Of a stretch of DNA of 64,000 bases, positions 10,878 to 20,776 are shown one piece after another. The stretch is taken from contig JASGJN010000004.1 of assembly GCA_049840735.1 (NCBI GenBank), positions 96,001 through 160,000 of the forward strand. The letters run 5' to 3'. The notes beneath the pieces were generated by a model. The model worked only from the letters and a program-made list of their open reading frames with translations. It ran no database searches and was not told the origin of the DNA. Numbering within the stretch: the stretch's first letter is position 1; each line of letters starts with the position of its first letter. The position numbers and the translations under genes were made by a program. Origin of the DNA: Anaeromyxobacter sp. Its GTDB lineage: Bacteria; Myxococcota; Myxococcia; Myxococcales; Anaeromyxobacteraceae.

Positions 10878-10905
10878 GGCCGGGACTTCGAACGAGGTCC
10901 CGGCC
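10878..10905. terminator. Hairpin between convergent pullulanase and kinase genes
   Basis: GGCCGGGACTTCG-AA-CGAGGTCCCGGCC inverted repeat (one G-U pair); no clear U-tract. Confidence 0.55.
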
Positions 10906-10940
10906 TTCGCGTCTCCGGGGGTGGGCTGGACCGCCGGGCA

Positions 10941-12869
10941 TCACCCGAGCAGCTGCTCGATGCTCGACGGGTCCGGCGGCTTGGCCACGTGGCGGTCGAA
11001 GCCGGCGGCCAGCGCCCGCGCCACGTCCTCCGGCTGCGCGTAGCCGCTGAGCGCGACCAGCCGGATGGCGCGATCTCCGCTCGCCCGCAGCGCCTGCGCC
11101 ACGGCGTAGCCGTCCATGCCAGGCAGCCCGATGTCGCAGAGCACGATGTCCAGGTGGCCCTGCTGCGCCCGGGCCAGGGCGCTCGGCCCGTCGAAGGCGA
11201 GCTCGACCTCGTGGCCGAGCATCCGGACCAGCTCCGCCAGCGTCTCGGCGGCGTCCCGGTTGTCGTCCACCACCAGCACCCTGCGGCGGCCAGGGCTGGC
11301 GGCGGCCAGGGGCGGCCGCCCCGGCCCGGCCTGGCCGCCCGCCGCGGCGCGCACGGCCGGGAGCGGCAGCGTCACGCAGATCTCCGCGCCGCCCCCGGCG
11401 CCGTTGCGGGCCACGACCTCGCCGCCGTGCAGCAGCACCAGCCCCTTGACCAGCGAGAGCCCCAGGCCCAGCCCGCCCTCGGTCCGCGCCAGCGTCTGCG
11501 CCGCCTGCGTGAACGGCTCGAACAGGGTGGGGAGCACGTCGAGGGGAATGCCCGGCCCTGTGTCGCGCACGCGGATGGCGACGGCCCTGGCCTCCGCCTC
11601 CACCTCGACGCCCACCCGCCCGCCGGCGGGGGTGAACTTCGCGGCGTTGGAGAGCAGGTTCCCCAGCACCTGCGCCAGCCGCGTCTCGTCCCCCTCCACG
11701 ACGAGCGGCTCGCGCGGCAGGTCCAGGTCCAGGCTCAGCCGGCGGGCGTGGAGCACCGGCCGGTAGTCCTCGGCCGTGCGCCGGACCACCGCCGTGATGT
11801 CCACCGGGGCGGACCGCAGGTCCACCTTCCCGCGGGCGATCCGGGTGACGTCCAGCAGGTCGTCCACCAGCCGGGTCATGTGCGCGACCTGGCGATCGAC
11901 GACCTCCCGGGCCCTGCGCGCCCGCTCCTCACCCGGGTCGGCGCGCTCCAGGATGAAGAGCGCGTTGCGGATGGGCGCGAGGGGGTTGCGCAGCTCGTGC
12001 GAGAGCATCCCCAGGAACTCGTCCTTGCGCCGGTCGGCCTCGCGCAGCGCCTGCTCGGCGCGCTTGCGGTCGTCGATGTTCATCGCGGCGCCCACCAGCC
12101 GCACCACCCGTCCGCCCTCGGCGATGGGCGCCAGCCGGCACTGGAACCACCGGTGCTCGCCGTCGGCTGCGCGGTAGCGCAGCTCCACGTCCTGCGCGGC
12201 CAGGGTCTTCAGCGCCCGGCGCCGGCAGGCCACCGCCGCGCCCAGGTCCTCGGGGTGCACCAGGTCCATCCACCCGGCGCGCTTCGTCGCCGCGAGGTCC
12301 AGCCCGGAGAAGCTGGTCCACTCCGGGTTGACGTACTCGGCCCTCCCGTCCGGCCCCAGCACGCAGACGATCTGCGGCATGGCGTCGGCGAGCACGCGGA
12401 AGCGCTCCTCGCTCTCCCGGAGCGCCTCCTCGACCAGCTTCCGCCCGGTGATCTCCACCGCGGCGCTGCCGACGGTGTCGGCGCCGATGCGGAAGATCTT
12501 CACGAGGAGGGTCCTGCCCGAGAAGGTCGCCTCGTACTGCTCGGGCTCCCCGGTGGCGAGGACCCGGCCGAGCCGCGGCGCCGCGCGCTTGCCGCCGTCC
12601 GGCATGATCTCGGCGAGCGTGCGACCGACGACCTCCTCGCGCCCCTTGCCGAGGAGCTCCAGCGCCGCCTCGTTGGCCTCCGCGTAGCGCCAGCCCTGGA
12701 CCGCACCGCGCTCGTCGCGGACGGCGTCCAGGATCACCAGGAGGTCACGGACGTTCTGGGCGATGGTCCGGGCCTGCGCCTCGCTCGGCCGCCAAGCCGG
12801 CCCGGTCGGGCGGTGCTCCTGCCGGCTCCCTCCCGGCTGCGCGTTCCGGCTGTTCCCGTCCGAGGCCAT
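10941..12869 (-). CDS. Cytoplasmic hybrid sensor histidine kinase / response regulator (PAS-PAS-HisKA-HATPase-REC)
   Basis: PAS segments, H-box KDEFLGMLSHELRNPLAP, N-box NLLSNAAKFT, G-box GLGLGL, receiver VLVVDD...LCDIGLPGMDG...KP. Confidence 0.95.
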   Translation of the reverse strand: MASDGNSRNAQPGGSRQEHRPTGPAWRPSEAQARTIAQNVRDLLVILDAVRDERGAVQGWRYAEANEAALELLGKGREEVVGRTLAEIMPDGGKRAAPRLGRVLATGEPEQYEATFSGRTLLVKIFRIGADTVGSAAVEITGRKLVEEALRESEERFRVLADAMPQIVCVLGPDGRAEYVNPEWTSFSGLDLAATKRAGWMDLVHPEDLGAAVACRRRALKTLAAQDVELRYRAADGEHRWFQCRLAPIAEGGRVVRLVGAAMNIDDRKRAEQALREADRRKDEFLGMLSHELRNPLAPIRNALFILERADPGEERARRAREVVDRQVAHMTRLVDDLLDVTRIARGKVDLRSAPVDITAVVRRTAEDYRPVLHARRLSLDLDLPREPLVVEGDETRLAQVLGNLLSNAAKFTPAGGRVGVEVEAEARAVAIRVRDTGPGIPLDVLPTLFEPFTQAAQTLARTEGGLGLGLSLVKGLVLLHGGEVVARNGAGGGAEICVTLPLPAVRAAAGGQAGPGRPPLAAASPGRRRVLVVDDNRDAAETLAELVRMLGHEVELAFDGPSALARAQQGHLDIVLCDIGLPGMDGYAVAQALRASGDRAIRLVALSGYAQPEDVARALAAGFDRHVAKPPDPSSIEQLLG

Positions 12870-12914
12870 GCCACCGGGAGTTCTACTCCGGCGCTCCCTG
12901 GGCGCACGAACCTC

Positions 12915-13138
12915 TCAAGACCGTCCGGCGCGGCAGCTGCTCCACGATGGCCAGGAGCGTCCGCTCCGCGTCGCGCACGGGGTTGCGCCCGGGCCGCCCA
13001 GCGCCGTGAGTAGCCGTCGATGCAGACGTCCAGCGTGCGCGCGTCGATCAGGGTCACCACCAGGACGTGTCCCCCGACGTGCGCCACGCGCCGGCCGTCC
13101 TGCTCGCGCCACGTCCGCGTCCCTCGTGCGCTTCGCAT
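12915..13138 (-). CDS. Small hypothetical protein, probably with a frameshift near 12990
   Basis: MRSARGTRTWREQDGRRVAHVGGHVLVVTLIDARTLDVCIDGY, continuing in a shifted frame as NPVRDAERTLLAIVEQLPRR, with host-like codon use. The 3' end is uncertain. Confidence 0.35.
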
Positions 13139-14107
13139 GGCGCCATCATCGCGCGCCCACCCTCCGGCGCAAGACACCGCGGCGCGAGGGCTCCGCCGCG
13201 CCGCCGGTCGCCGGACGGCGGCACGCGCGCTCCCTCGCCCGCAGCGACTCCCCTCGACTGGCTCACGGGCGCCCGGCCCTGGTCCGGCTCCTCAATCGTG
13301 GTGGCGCCGCTCCAGAAGAAGTTGCCCTCCGGGTCGCGGAACCACTTCGGGTTCCCGTTCACCGGCTCCCCCCCGAGCGTGTATCCGCCGAAGGTGAGGA
13401 CCGTCCCGGCGGCCACGATCCGGGCCACCTCGGCCCGCAGGGACGGCGCGCCCCTCCGGATGTTGAGCCGGGCCCGCGCCACCGCCTGGCCGCCCTCGGC
13501 CACGAACGCGCCGTGGTCCGGCGGCGCCGCAGCGCCGGTGCAGGCCGCGTGCTCCGTCACGACGTCGCGCAGGAGCCCTTCGTAGGTCCGCCGGCTGTCC
13601 GCGAGGCCGGTGACCGGGTCCGAGCGGCGCTTCGGGTCGAGGAAGAAGTGCCCGACGATGGAGGTCGCGGGGTCGAGCGCGAAGCGGTGGCAGAGGTACG
13701 CGAGCACCCAGACGTACCTGCGGTAGGCCTCGTCCGCGTCGAATCCGGCCCCCCCAGCAGTACTCGACGCCGATGGCCGCGTCGTTCGCGTCCGCGCCGA
13801 AGACCTGGTTGTCGGTGGGCACGTCGTAGAGGACGTGCCAGGCCTTCTCGGGCGGGGCCGTCAGGGCGGGCACGCACTCGAGGATCGCCCGGTCGTCCAC
13901 GAACAGGTGGGCCGAGGCGGCCTTCAGGTCGCGCGTCCTCTCGTAGTACGCCACGTTCCCCGCCGCGGTGGAGCCGCGGTTGCCGGTGTCGTGCGCGACC
14001 AGGAACCTCACCCCACGGCCGAGCGCGATCCCCCGGCGGCGCCTCGAGGGCGCGGTGAGGTACGCCGGGGTGATCGCGTAGCGCAGGTCGAAGCCGTTCG
14101 CGGGCAT
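13054..14107 (-). CDS. N-acetylmuramoyl-L-alanine amidase (Amidase_2) with C-terminal SH3b-like cell-wall-binding domain; 1-nt frameshift near 13742
   Basis: LVAHDTGN, ASAHLFVDD, AWHV and AIGVEYC, then (shifted) IDADEAYRR...IVGHFFLDPKRRSDP; C-terminal LNIRRGAPS...GEPVNGNPKWF...FFWSGAT. The true stop may lie near 13260-13295. Confidence 0.82.
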
Positions 14108-14111
14108 GGCG

Positions 14112-14515
14112 CTACCCCAGGGGCGGCTGAGAGAATCGGGCTCGTCGGCCGGTGCCGCTGGGCCGGGTGCTGCCGCGAGCGCCGCCCCGCCGGCCGGGCC
14201 GGGCAGGTTCTTGCGGACGAAGCCCTCGATGAAGTCGGCGCCGGCGTAGCCGACGGCGATGAGCAGGACGACGTTCTCGCGCGAGATCGCCTGCAGGTCG
14301 ATCTGCGTCGTCAGCGTCCCCAGCACGCCGGCCACCATGCCGATGAGGAGGCTGGTCAGCAGGGTGCTGGCGCTGAACTCGTCGGAGAGCTTCTTGCCGG
14401 CGTGGAGGGCCGCGTCGTTCACCTTCTTGAGCCCCACCACGATCCGGATTCCCAGGCCCAGCGCGCCGAACAGCGCGCCCAGGAAGAACTGGGTGATCCA
14501 CTCGTTTGCGGTCAT
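14112..14515 (-). CDS. Small three-TM membrane protein; as sequenced it reads in-frame into the amidase, but a 1-nt indel would end it at TAG 14112
   Basis: MTANEWITQFFLGALFGALGLGIRIVVGLKK...LLTSLLIGMVAGVLGTL...VVLLIAVGYAGADFIEGF contains three hydrophobic helices. Confidence 0.7.
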
Positions 14516-14746
14516 GCTGGGCCCACCCCCGGGGCCGGCGCGCGCGCTGGCGCGGACCGCGGCAGTATACGCGGGCGGTTTGACTCGTCGTGCGCGTCGG
14601 CCGATGGCGCCCACAGGGGGCGTCGATGACCCCCGGACCGGCACACCCGCACGGCGCCGCGCGGCGGCATGAAGTCGGTCGCGCGCCCGGCCGCTTCCCC
14701 TCCTGGGCGCTGAACCCGTGCAGCGCGGGCACCAGATTGGGCTGGT

Positions 14747-15514
14747 ATGCGCGTGGTGGGCGCGGTGCTCCTCGCTGGTGCGGCTGGGTGCTTCCAGTTG
14801 AGCCCGCACGACCTCCCAGAGCTGCAGGATCACAACCTGCGCGCCGTCGAGCGGCTCGCGGCCACGCCCATCGAGGGCCCGCTCCGCTTCGTCCTGATCG
14901 GCGACACGCAGCGCGAGTTCGACGCGGCCGCTGCGTTCGTGGAGGCGGTCAACCGCCGAGGGGACGTCCACTTCGTGGTGGAGCTGGGCGACTTCACCAA
15001 CACCGGGCTCACGTTCGAGTGGGAGGCGATGCGGCGCGTGTTCGATGGGCTGCGCATGCCCTGGCTGGCGGTGATCGGCAACCACGACTTCCTCGCCAAC
15101 GGACGGCTCATCTACGAGCACATGTTCGGGCCTCGCAACCTGGCCTTCACCGTGGCTGGCGTGCGGCTGGTGCTGCTCGACACCAACAGCCGGGAAGCCG
15201 GCTTCCCGCAGGATGTGCCGGATCTGGCCTGGCTCGAGGCGCAGCTGGCGCCGGACGGCGCCCACGACCGTTCGGCCGTCCTGGGGCACGTCGGGCCCAA
15301 CTCGGAGGACCTCCGCGAGGACCTCAAGCCCGGCTACCGCGCGCTCCTCCGCGAGGCGGGCGCCCCGGGGTTCCACGCCCACGGCCACAAGTACGAGGCG
15401 TACGAGCAGGATGGCGCGCGCTTCTACACGGCGGACGCCGTGGGGCACGGCAGCTACCTGCTCGTCACCGCGGGCCCAGGCGGCGGGTTCGAGGTGGAGC
15501 GGGTCTTCTTCTGA
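14747..15514 (+). CDS. Calcineurin-like metallophosphoesterase, lipoprotein
   Basis: Lipobox-like AAG-C; GDTQ, GDFT, IGNHD and HAHGH motifs. Confidence 0.9.
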   Translation: MRVVGAVLLAGAAGCFQLSPHDLPELQDHNLRAVERLAATPIEGPLRFVLIGDTQREFDAAAAFVEAVNRRGDVHFVVELGDFTNTGLTFEWEAMRRVFDGLRMPWLAVIGNHDFLANGRLIYEHMFGPRNLAFTVAGVRLVLLDTNSREAGFPQDVPDLAWLEAQLAPDGAHDRSAVLGHVGPNSEDLREDLKPGYRALLREAGAPGFHAHGHKYEAYEQDGARFYTADAVGHGSYLLVTAGPGGGFEVERVFF

Positions 15515-16101
15515 TGCGCGCCGCGACCGCTGCAGGCGCGCGCGGCGCGCTCCTCCTGGCGACGCTGCTGGCGCCGTCCGTGGCCGTGGCTGGCTGGGGC
15601 GCGCTGGTGCCGGACCGCGCCAAGCTCCAGGTGGCCGGGCAGCTGGGCCTGGTGGCCCCCGGGGTGGGCTACGCCTTCGCGCGCGACCGGCTCGAGACGG
15701 ATCTGCTGGTGGGCTGGGTCCCGGAGTCGATCGCCGGCCAGGACCTCTACCTGTTCACCGGCAAGCTGACCTGGCTGCCCTGGCGCGTGCACCTGGGGGA
15801 GCGCTGGCTGCTGCGCCCGTTCACGGCCGCCGTGGCGCTGACCTACACCCTGGGCGGCGAGGGCTTCTGGCTCAGGCTCCCCGATCGCTATGAGCGGGGC
15901 TACTACGAGCTGCCCACGGCGCTGCGGGCCACCTTCGGCCTGGGCGCCACCCTCTCCCACCGCTCACGCAGCGGGCGCGAGCTGGGCCTGTACGCCGAGC
16001 TGGTGGCCGGGGAGATCCCGCTCGCCTACTGGATCAGCAACAGCGTCGTCCGCGCAGAAGACGTGTTCAGCCTGGCGCTGGGGCTGCGCTGCTCGCTGTA
16101 G
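15514..16101 (+). CDS. Hypothetical exported protein, probably outer-membrane beta-stranded, translationally coupled to the phosphoesterase
   Basis: TGATG overlap; signal peptide; alternating amphipathic strands (KLQVAGQLGLVAPGVGY, LGLYAEL, FSLALGLR). Confidence 0.72.
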   Translation: MRAATAAGARGALLLATLLAPSVAVAGWGALVPDRAKLQVAGQLGLVAPGVGYAFARDRLETDLLVGWVPESIAGQDLYLFTGKLTWLPWRVHLGERWLLRPFTAAVALTYTLGGEGFWLRLPDRYERGYYELPTALRATFGLGATLSHRSRSGRELGLYAELVAGEIPLAYWISNSVVRAEDVFSLALGLRCSL

Positions 16102-16162
16102 CGGCCGGGCCCGCCCCGCCTGAGCGCGGGCGCTGCCCCTCGCGCTCCCCATGCTCTGGGCC

Positions 16163-17527
16163 ATGGACCTCGACGTCATCGTGATCGGCAGCGGCCAGGC
16201 GGGCGTGCCGCTGGCCACGCGGCTGGCGGCGCACGGGCGGAAGGTGCTGCTGGCGGAGCGGGGCGAGCTGGGCGGCACCTGCGTCAACACCGGCTGCACG
16301 CCCACCAAGACGCTCATCGCCAGCGCCCGCGCGGCCCACGTGGCCCGCACCGCCGGGCGGCTGGGGATCCGGACCGGGCCGGTCGAGGTGGACTTCGCCG
16401 CGGTGGTGGCGCGCAAGGACGAGATGGTCCGGACCTGGCAGCAGGGGGTGGAGCGGCGGCTGGCCTCGGCGGATGGGCTGCGGCTGGTCCGCGGCGCGGC
16501 GCGGCTGGTGGGGGAGCGGACGGTGGAGGTGGCCGGCGAGCGCCACCGGGCCGAGGTGGTGGTGCTCAACGTGGGCGCGCGGCCGGCGGAGCCGGCCATC
16601 GCCGGACTGCAGCACGCGCCGTGGCTCGACAACCGCCGGGTGATGGCGCTGCGCGAGGCGCCGCGGCACCTGGTGGTGATCGGCGGCGGGTACATCGGCT
16701 GCGAGCTGGCGCAGGCCTTCCGCCGGCTGGGCGCGGCGGTGACGGTGATCGAGCCCGGGGCGCACCTGCTCTCGCAGCAGGACCCGGAGGTCTCGGAGGC
16801 GGTGGAGGGGGTCTTCCGGGGGGAGGGGATCGCGCTCCGGCTGGACACGCGGGCCCAGGCCGTGGCCGGGGCCGAGGGGCGCGTGAGGGTCACGCTCTCC
16901 GGCGGCGACGCCGTGGAGGGCAGCCACCTGCTGGTGGCCACCGGCCGGCAGCCCAACACCGGCGACCTGGGCTGCGAGGCGGCCGGGGTCCGGCTGGACG
17001 GGCGCGGGTACGTGGAGGTGGACGACCACTACCGCACCAGCGCCGCGGGCGTGTTCGCGGTGGGCGACTGCGCCGGAGGCCCGCAGTTCACCCACGCGGC
17101 CTGGGACGATCACCGGCTGCTGCTGGAGGTGCTGGAGGGACGGCCGGGGCGCGGGCGCAAGGACCGGCTCATCCCCTTCACCGTCTTCACCGACCCGCAG
17201 GTCGCCGGGGTGGGGCTCACCGAGCGGGCGGCGCGCGCGCAGGGCGTGGCCTTCGAGGCGGCCACCGTGCCCTTCGCCCGCGTGGCCCGGGCGGTGGAGA
17301 CCGGGGAGACGGCCGGCCTGCTGAAGATCCTGGTGGCGCCGGACGACCGGCTGGTGGGCGCGACCATCGTCGGCGCCGAGGCGGGCGAGCTGATCCACGT
17401 CTTCGCCGCGCTGATGCAGGCGGGCGCCCCGGTGCGCACGCTGGTGGAGCTGGAGGCGGTGCACCCGGCCTTCGCGGAGGGGCTGCAGGCGGTGGTGATG
17501 GCGCTGCCGCGCCACGCGCTGCGGTGA
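16163..17527 (+). CDS. Class I pyridine nucleotide-disulfide oxidoreductase (mercuric reductase-like / RclA-like, no C-terminal CC)
   Basis: IGSGQAG, GGTCVNTGCTPTK, IGGGYIGCE, ATGRQPN, AVGDC and C-terminal HPAFAE. Confidence 0.9.
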   Translation: MDLDVIVIGSGQAGVPLATRLAAHGRKVLLAERGELGGTCVNTGCTPTKTLIASARAAHVARTAGRLGIRTGPVEVDFAAVVARKDEMVRTWQQGVERRLASADGLRLVRGAARLVGERTVEVAGERHRAEVVVLNVGARPAEPAIAGLQHAPWLDNRRVMALREAPRHLVVIGGGYIGCELAQAFRRLGAAVTVIEPGAHLLSQQDPEVSEAVEGVFRGEGIALRLDTRAQAVAGAEGRVRVTLSGGDAVEGSHLLVATGRQPNTGDLGCEAAGVRLDGRGYVEVDDHYRTSAAGVFAVGDCAGGPQFTHAAWDDHRLLLEVLEGRPGRGRKDRLIPFTVFTDPQVAGVGLTERAARAQGVAFEAATVPFARVARAVETGETAGLLKILVAPDDRLVGATIVGAEAGELIHVFAALMQAGAPVRTLVELEAVHPAFAEGLQAVVMALPRHALR

Positions 17528-17649
17528 GGCTGCTGCAAGGGGCGTTGCCTCGAGGGTGACGATGCCCTGGACGAGACCTCCGGACGGGGCGGTCGCCCCC
17601 TCCAGGCTGCAGCCGCTCCCCGACCTGCCAAGATGCACGCCTCGCCTGC

Positions 17650-18288
17650 ATGACGTCCGGAGAGGACCAGAAGCGCGGCACGGCCGCCGACGACGCCGCG
17701 CTGGTCGCGCGCATGCGCCGCGGCGATCGGGCGGCCTTCTCCGCCATGGTCGCGCGCCACGCGGGCTCGCTGCTGCGCGTGGCGCGCAGCCTGGTGCGCG
17801 ACGGCGCGACGGCGGAGGAGCTGGTGCAGGAGACGTGGCTGGCGCTCCTCACCGGCCTGGACGGCTTCGAGGGGCGGGCGTCGCTGCGGACCTGGCTCTT
17901 CCGCGTGCTGGTCAACAAGGCCCGCTCACGCCTGGTGAAGGACGGCCGGACGGTGCCCTTCTCGGCGCTGGCGGAGGACGGCGGCCCGGACCCCGACGCC
18001 GGGCGCTTCGACGCCGGCGGGGGCTGGCTGGAGGCCCCTGGCGCCGGCGCCCCCGATCCGGAGCGGCTCCTCCTGGGCGCCGAGGCGCGGGGCCTCATCG
18101 AGGCGGCGCTGCGCGAGCTGCCCGAGGCGCAGCGCGCGGTGGTGACGCTGCGCGACATCGAGGGGCTCGAGGCGGACGAGATCTGTAATCTCCTGGGCCT
18201 CACCCTGACCAATCAGCGGGTGCTCCTGCACCGGGGCCGGGCCCGGGTGCGCGAGGCGCTGGAGCGGAGGCTGGGCGGAGCGCGATGA
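17650..18288 (+). CDS. ECF sigma-70 factor
   Basis: Region 2 AEELVQETWL...FEGRASLRTWLFRVLVNKAR; region 4 LPEAQRAVVTLRD...NQRVLLHRGR. Confidence 0.93.
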   Translation: MTSGEDQKRGTAADDAALVARMRRGDRAAFSAMVARHAGSLLRVARSLVRDGATAEELVQETWLALLTGLDGFEGRASLRTWLFRVLVNKARSRLVKDGRTVPFSALAEDGGPDPDAGRFDAGGGWLEAPGAGAPDPERLLLGAEARGLIEAALRELPEAQRAVVTLRDIEGLEADEICNLLGLTLTNQRVLLHRGRARVREALERRLGGAR

Positions 18289-19085
18289 CGCGGACCTGCA
18301 AGGAGATCGCGGCGCAGGCGTCGGATCGCCTGGAGGGCCGGCTCGGCCTCCTGGCCCGGCTCGGCTTCGCCCGCCACCTGGCGGGCTGCGCCGGCTGCCG
18401 GGCCTACCTGGCGCAGCTCGAGGCCACCCGCCAGGCGCTGCGCCAGCTCCCGGCGCCCGAGCTACCCGCCTCGCTGGCCTCCGCCCTGGAGGCGCAGTTC
18501 CTGGCGCACGCCGGGGGCGCGCCGGCGCAGGCTTCGGCTGGCGCGGAGGAGGACGGGCAGGCGAGCCCGGCCTCGCCGTTCGCGCCCTGGCCGCTCCTGG
18601 GGACCGCGGCGGCGCTCGCGGCGGTGGTCCTCTCCGGGCGACCGTCGCTGGCCGGCCCGGACCTGCTGGTCTGCCTCTGGCTGGGCGGGGCCGCGGTGGC
18701 CGTGGCCGCTGCGGCCCGCCGGTTCGGCCCCTGGCACGCCCTGGGCGGCCTGGCGGCCTCGCTCGCCGCGGCGCTGGCGGCGGGCGGGTCGGGCGCGCTG
18801 GTGGCGGAGGAGGGCGTGCAGTGCTTCGGGGTGGAGCTTGCCGGCGCGGCCGCGGTGGCGGCGCTGGGCTGGGCCGGGGCGCGGCGGCGCGGTCCCGCCG
18901 CGATCCGGCGCGAGGCGGCGGCGAGCGGCGTGGCCGGGGCCCTGGCGGCCAGCGCAGGGCTGCAGCTCACCTGCGGCGCCCACCTGGCGCTGGTGCACCT
19001 GGTGCTCTTCCACGTCCTGGGCGTGGCCGCAGCGGCGTTGGCCGCGGCCTGGGCGGTGCGGGGCGCGCGGCCGGCGCCGGGGTGA
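18285..19085 (+). CDS. Anti-sigma factor with zf-HC2 (ZAS) domain and NrsF/DUF1109-like membrane region
   Basis: ATGA overlap with the sigma gene; HLAGCAGC (HxxxCxxC); multiple TM helices with GVQC...LQLTC...HLVLFH. Confidence 0.8.
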   Translation: MTRTCKEIAAQASDRLEGRLGLLARLGFARHLAGCAGCRAYLAQLEATRQALRQLPAPELPASLASALEAQFLAHAGGAPAQASAGAEEDGQASPASPFAPWPLLGTAAALAAVVLSGRPSLAGPDLLVCLWLGGAAVAVAAAARRFGPWHALGGLAASLAAALAAGGSGALVAEEGVQCFGVELAGAAAVAALGWAGARRRGPAAIRREAAASGVAGALAASAGLQLTCGAHLALVHLVLFHVLGVAAAALAAAWAVRGARPAPG

Positions 19086-19390
19086 GCAGCGCGCTGCGGC
19101 TTGGACTCCCGCGCCCCGATGCTGAGCGGCAGCCGGCCGGGCAGGCATATGACTGGCCGGTGGCCGGGTGGCGCTGGCGGGCCTGCTGCCGCCGGTGGAC
19201 CCGCGGCGCACCGCCCCCGGCCCGCCAGGCGCGCTGCCCCCTCCTCACGCTGCGTGCAACCGCGGGTCCGTGGGAAAGCGCCGCGGGAGCCGCTAGCTTT
19301 CGGGTGCCCGCGCGCGGAGTCGCCGGCTCGAGCGTTCCCCCCCCCCAGCTCGATCCGCGGCCGCGCGCGGGCACCTCGCAACGGCGCGGC

Positions 19391-20737
19391 TCAGCCTGGC
19401 GCGCGCGGCAGCTCCAGCTCGAACGACACGCTCCAGGCCGGCCGCTCCACCAGCGCCACCGTGCCGCCGTGCGCCGCCGCCACCAGCGCGCAGAGGTGGA
19501 GGCCCAGGCCGGCGTGGTGCCACGCGGAGAGGGCGGAGGTGGAGCCCTCCTCGAACAGGCGCGGCCGGAGCTCCGGCGGCACGGGCGGGCCGCTGTTCCG
19601 GACCGCCAGCCGCACCGCGGCGCCGGCGGGCTCGGCCGCCAGCTCCACGCGGTCCCCGGGCCGCACGTGGCCGGCGGCGTTGACGAGCAGGTTCTCCAGC
19701 ACGCGCCGGACCAGGGCCGGGTCGGCCCACGCCTGACCCGCGCCGTCGGCCCGCACCTCCAGCGCCGCGCCGGCCCGGCCGATCACCGGCCGGAGCGCCC
19801 TGGCCACCTCGTCCAGCAGCGCCGCCAGCGAGACGCCGGCCCTGGCCGGGCGGAGCCCCTCCTCCAGCCTCGAGACCAGCAGGAGGTCTCCGGCCAGGCC
19901 CGACAGCCGCTCCACCTCGCCCGTGGCGATGGCCAGCGCCTCCGCCCGCGCGGCCGGCGGCGCGGTGGTGCGCTGGGCCAGCTCCAGGCTGGCCATCACC
20001 GAGGCCAGCGGGTTGCGCAGGTCATGCACGATGAGCCTGGTCAGCCGCTCCGCCTCGGCCCGGGCGGCCTCCAGCTGCGCCTTGGCCACCCGCAGCGCCT
20101 CGGCGTCCTGCCGCGCCAGCGCGCCGGCCCGCGCCTCGGCCGCGGCCCGCACCGCCAGCGTGACCATGCGGATGCCGGCCCCGCTCACCGAGTAGCCGAA
20201 GACGCCCAGGAGCATGGCCATCGCCACGGCGGTGGGCGGGTGCAGCCCGGAGACCCAGAGCAGCGCGCAGTGCCAGGCGATCGCAGCCGCCGCGAGCCAG
20301 GTCAGCGCCCGGCGGGGCAGCGTGAGGGAGCCCCAGAGCAGGAGCAGCTGCGCCGTCATCATGAAGATGGCGGCGGCGATGGGCCCGCCGGCGGGGCGCT
20401 CCACCGCCAGCCAGGACGCGAGCCCCACCGAGAAGAAGTCGAACGCCGCGCCGACGAGGATGACGCGCTCCGACGGGCGGCGGTGCAGCTGGGCCAGCAC
20501 GGCCAGCGCGACCGCCAGCGCGACGACGTTGACCACCACGCCGGTGGAGGCGGAGACCGGGCCGCCATCGTCGCCCCGTAGCCGGGCCGTCGCCCAGATG
20601 ATGAGCAGCAGCGCCCGCGCCACCACCCGCAGCCAGGCGACGAGCCGGGCGTTGGAGGCTCGCACGTCGGACAGGGCCCGCCGGATGTAGTCGGCCTCCG
20701 CGGCGGTGGGCGGCGTGGGGACGCGCTGCAGCGGCAT
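19391..20737 (-). CDS. Membrane sensor histidine kinase
   Basis: About six TM helices, H-box IVHDLRNPLAS, NLLVNA, GLGL. Confidence 0.9.
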   Translation of the reverse strand: MPLQRVPTPPTAAEADYIRRALSDVRASNARLVAWLRVVARALLLIIWATARLRGDDGGPVSASTGVVVNVVALAVALAVLAQLHRRPSERVILVGAAFDFFSVGLASWLAVERPAGGPIAAAIFMMTAQLLLLWGSLTLPRRALTWLAAAAIAWHCALLWVSGLHPPTAVAMAMLLGVFGYSVSGAGIRMVTLAVRAAAEARAGALARQDAEALRVAKAQLEAARAEAERLTRLIVHDLRNPLASVMASLELAQRTTAPPAARAEALAIATGEVERLSGLAGDLLLVSRLEEGLRPARAGVSLAALLDEVARALRPVIGRAGAALEVRADGAGQAWADPALVRRVLENLLVNAAGHVRPGDRVELAAEPAGAAVRLAVRNSGPPVPPELRPRLFEEGSTSALSAWHHAGLGLHLCALVAAAHGGTVALVERPAWSVSFELELPRAPG

Positions 20738-20776
20738 CTCGACACTCTACCCGAACTGGGCCGAGCGCCCGCTCGC

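Noticed and set aside
16163..17527. merA mercury resistance gene
   Set aside because: There is no C-terminal Cys-Cys pair, no NmerA domain and no mer operon genes.
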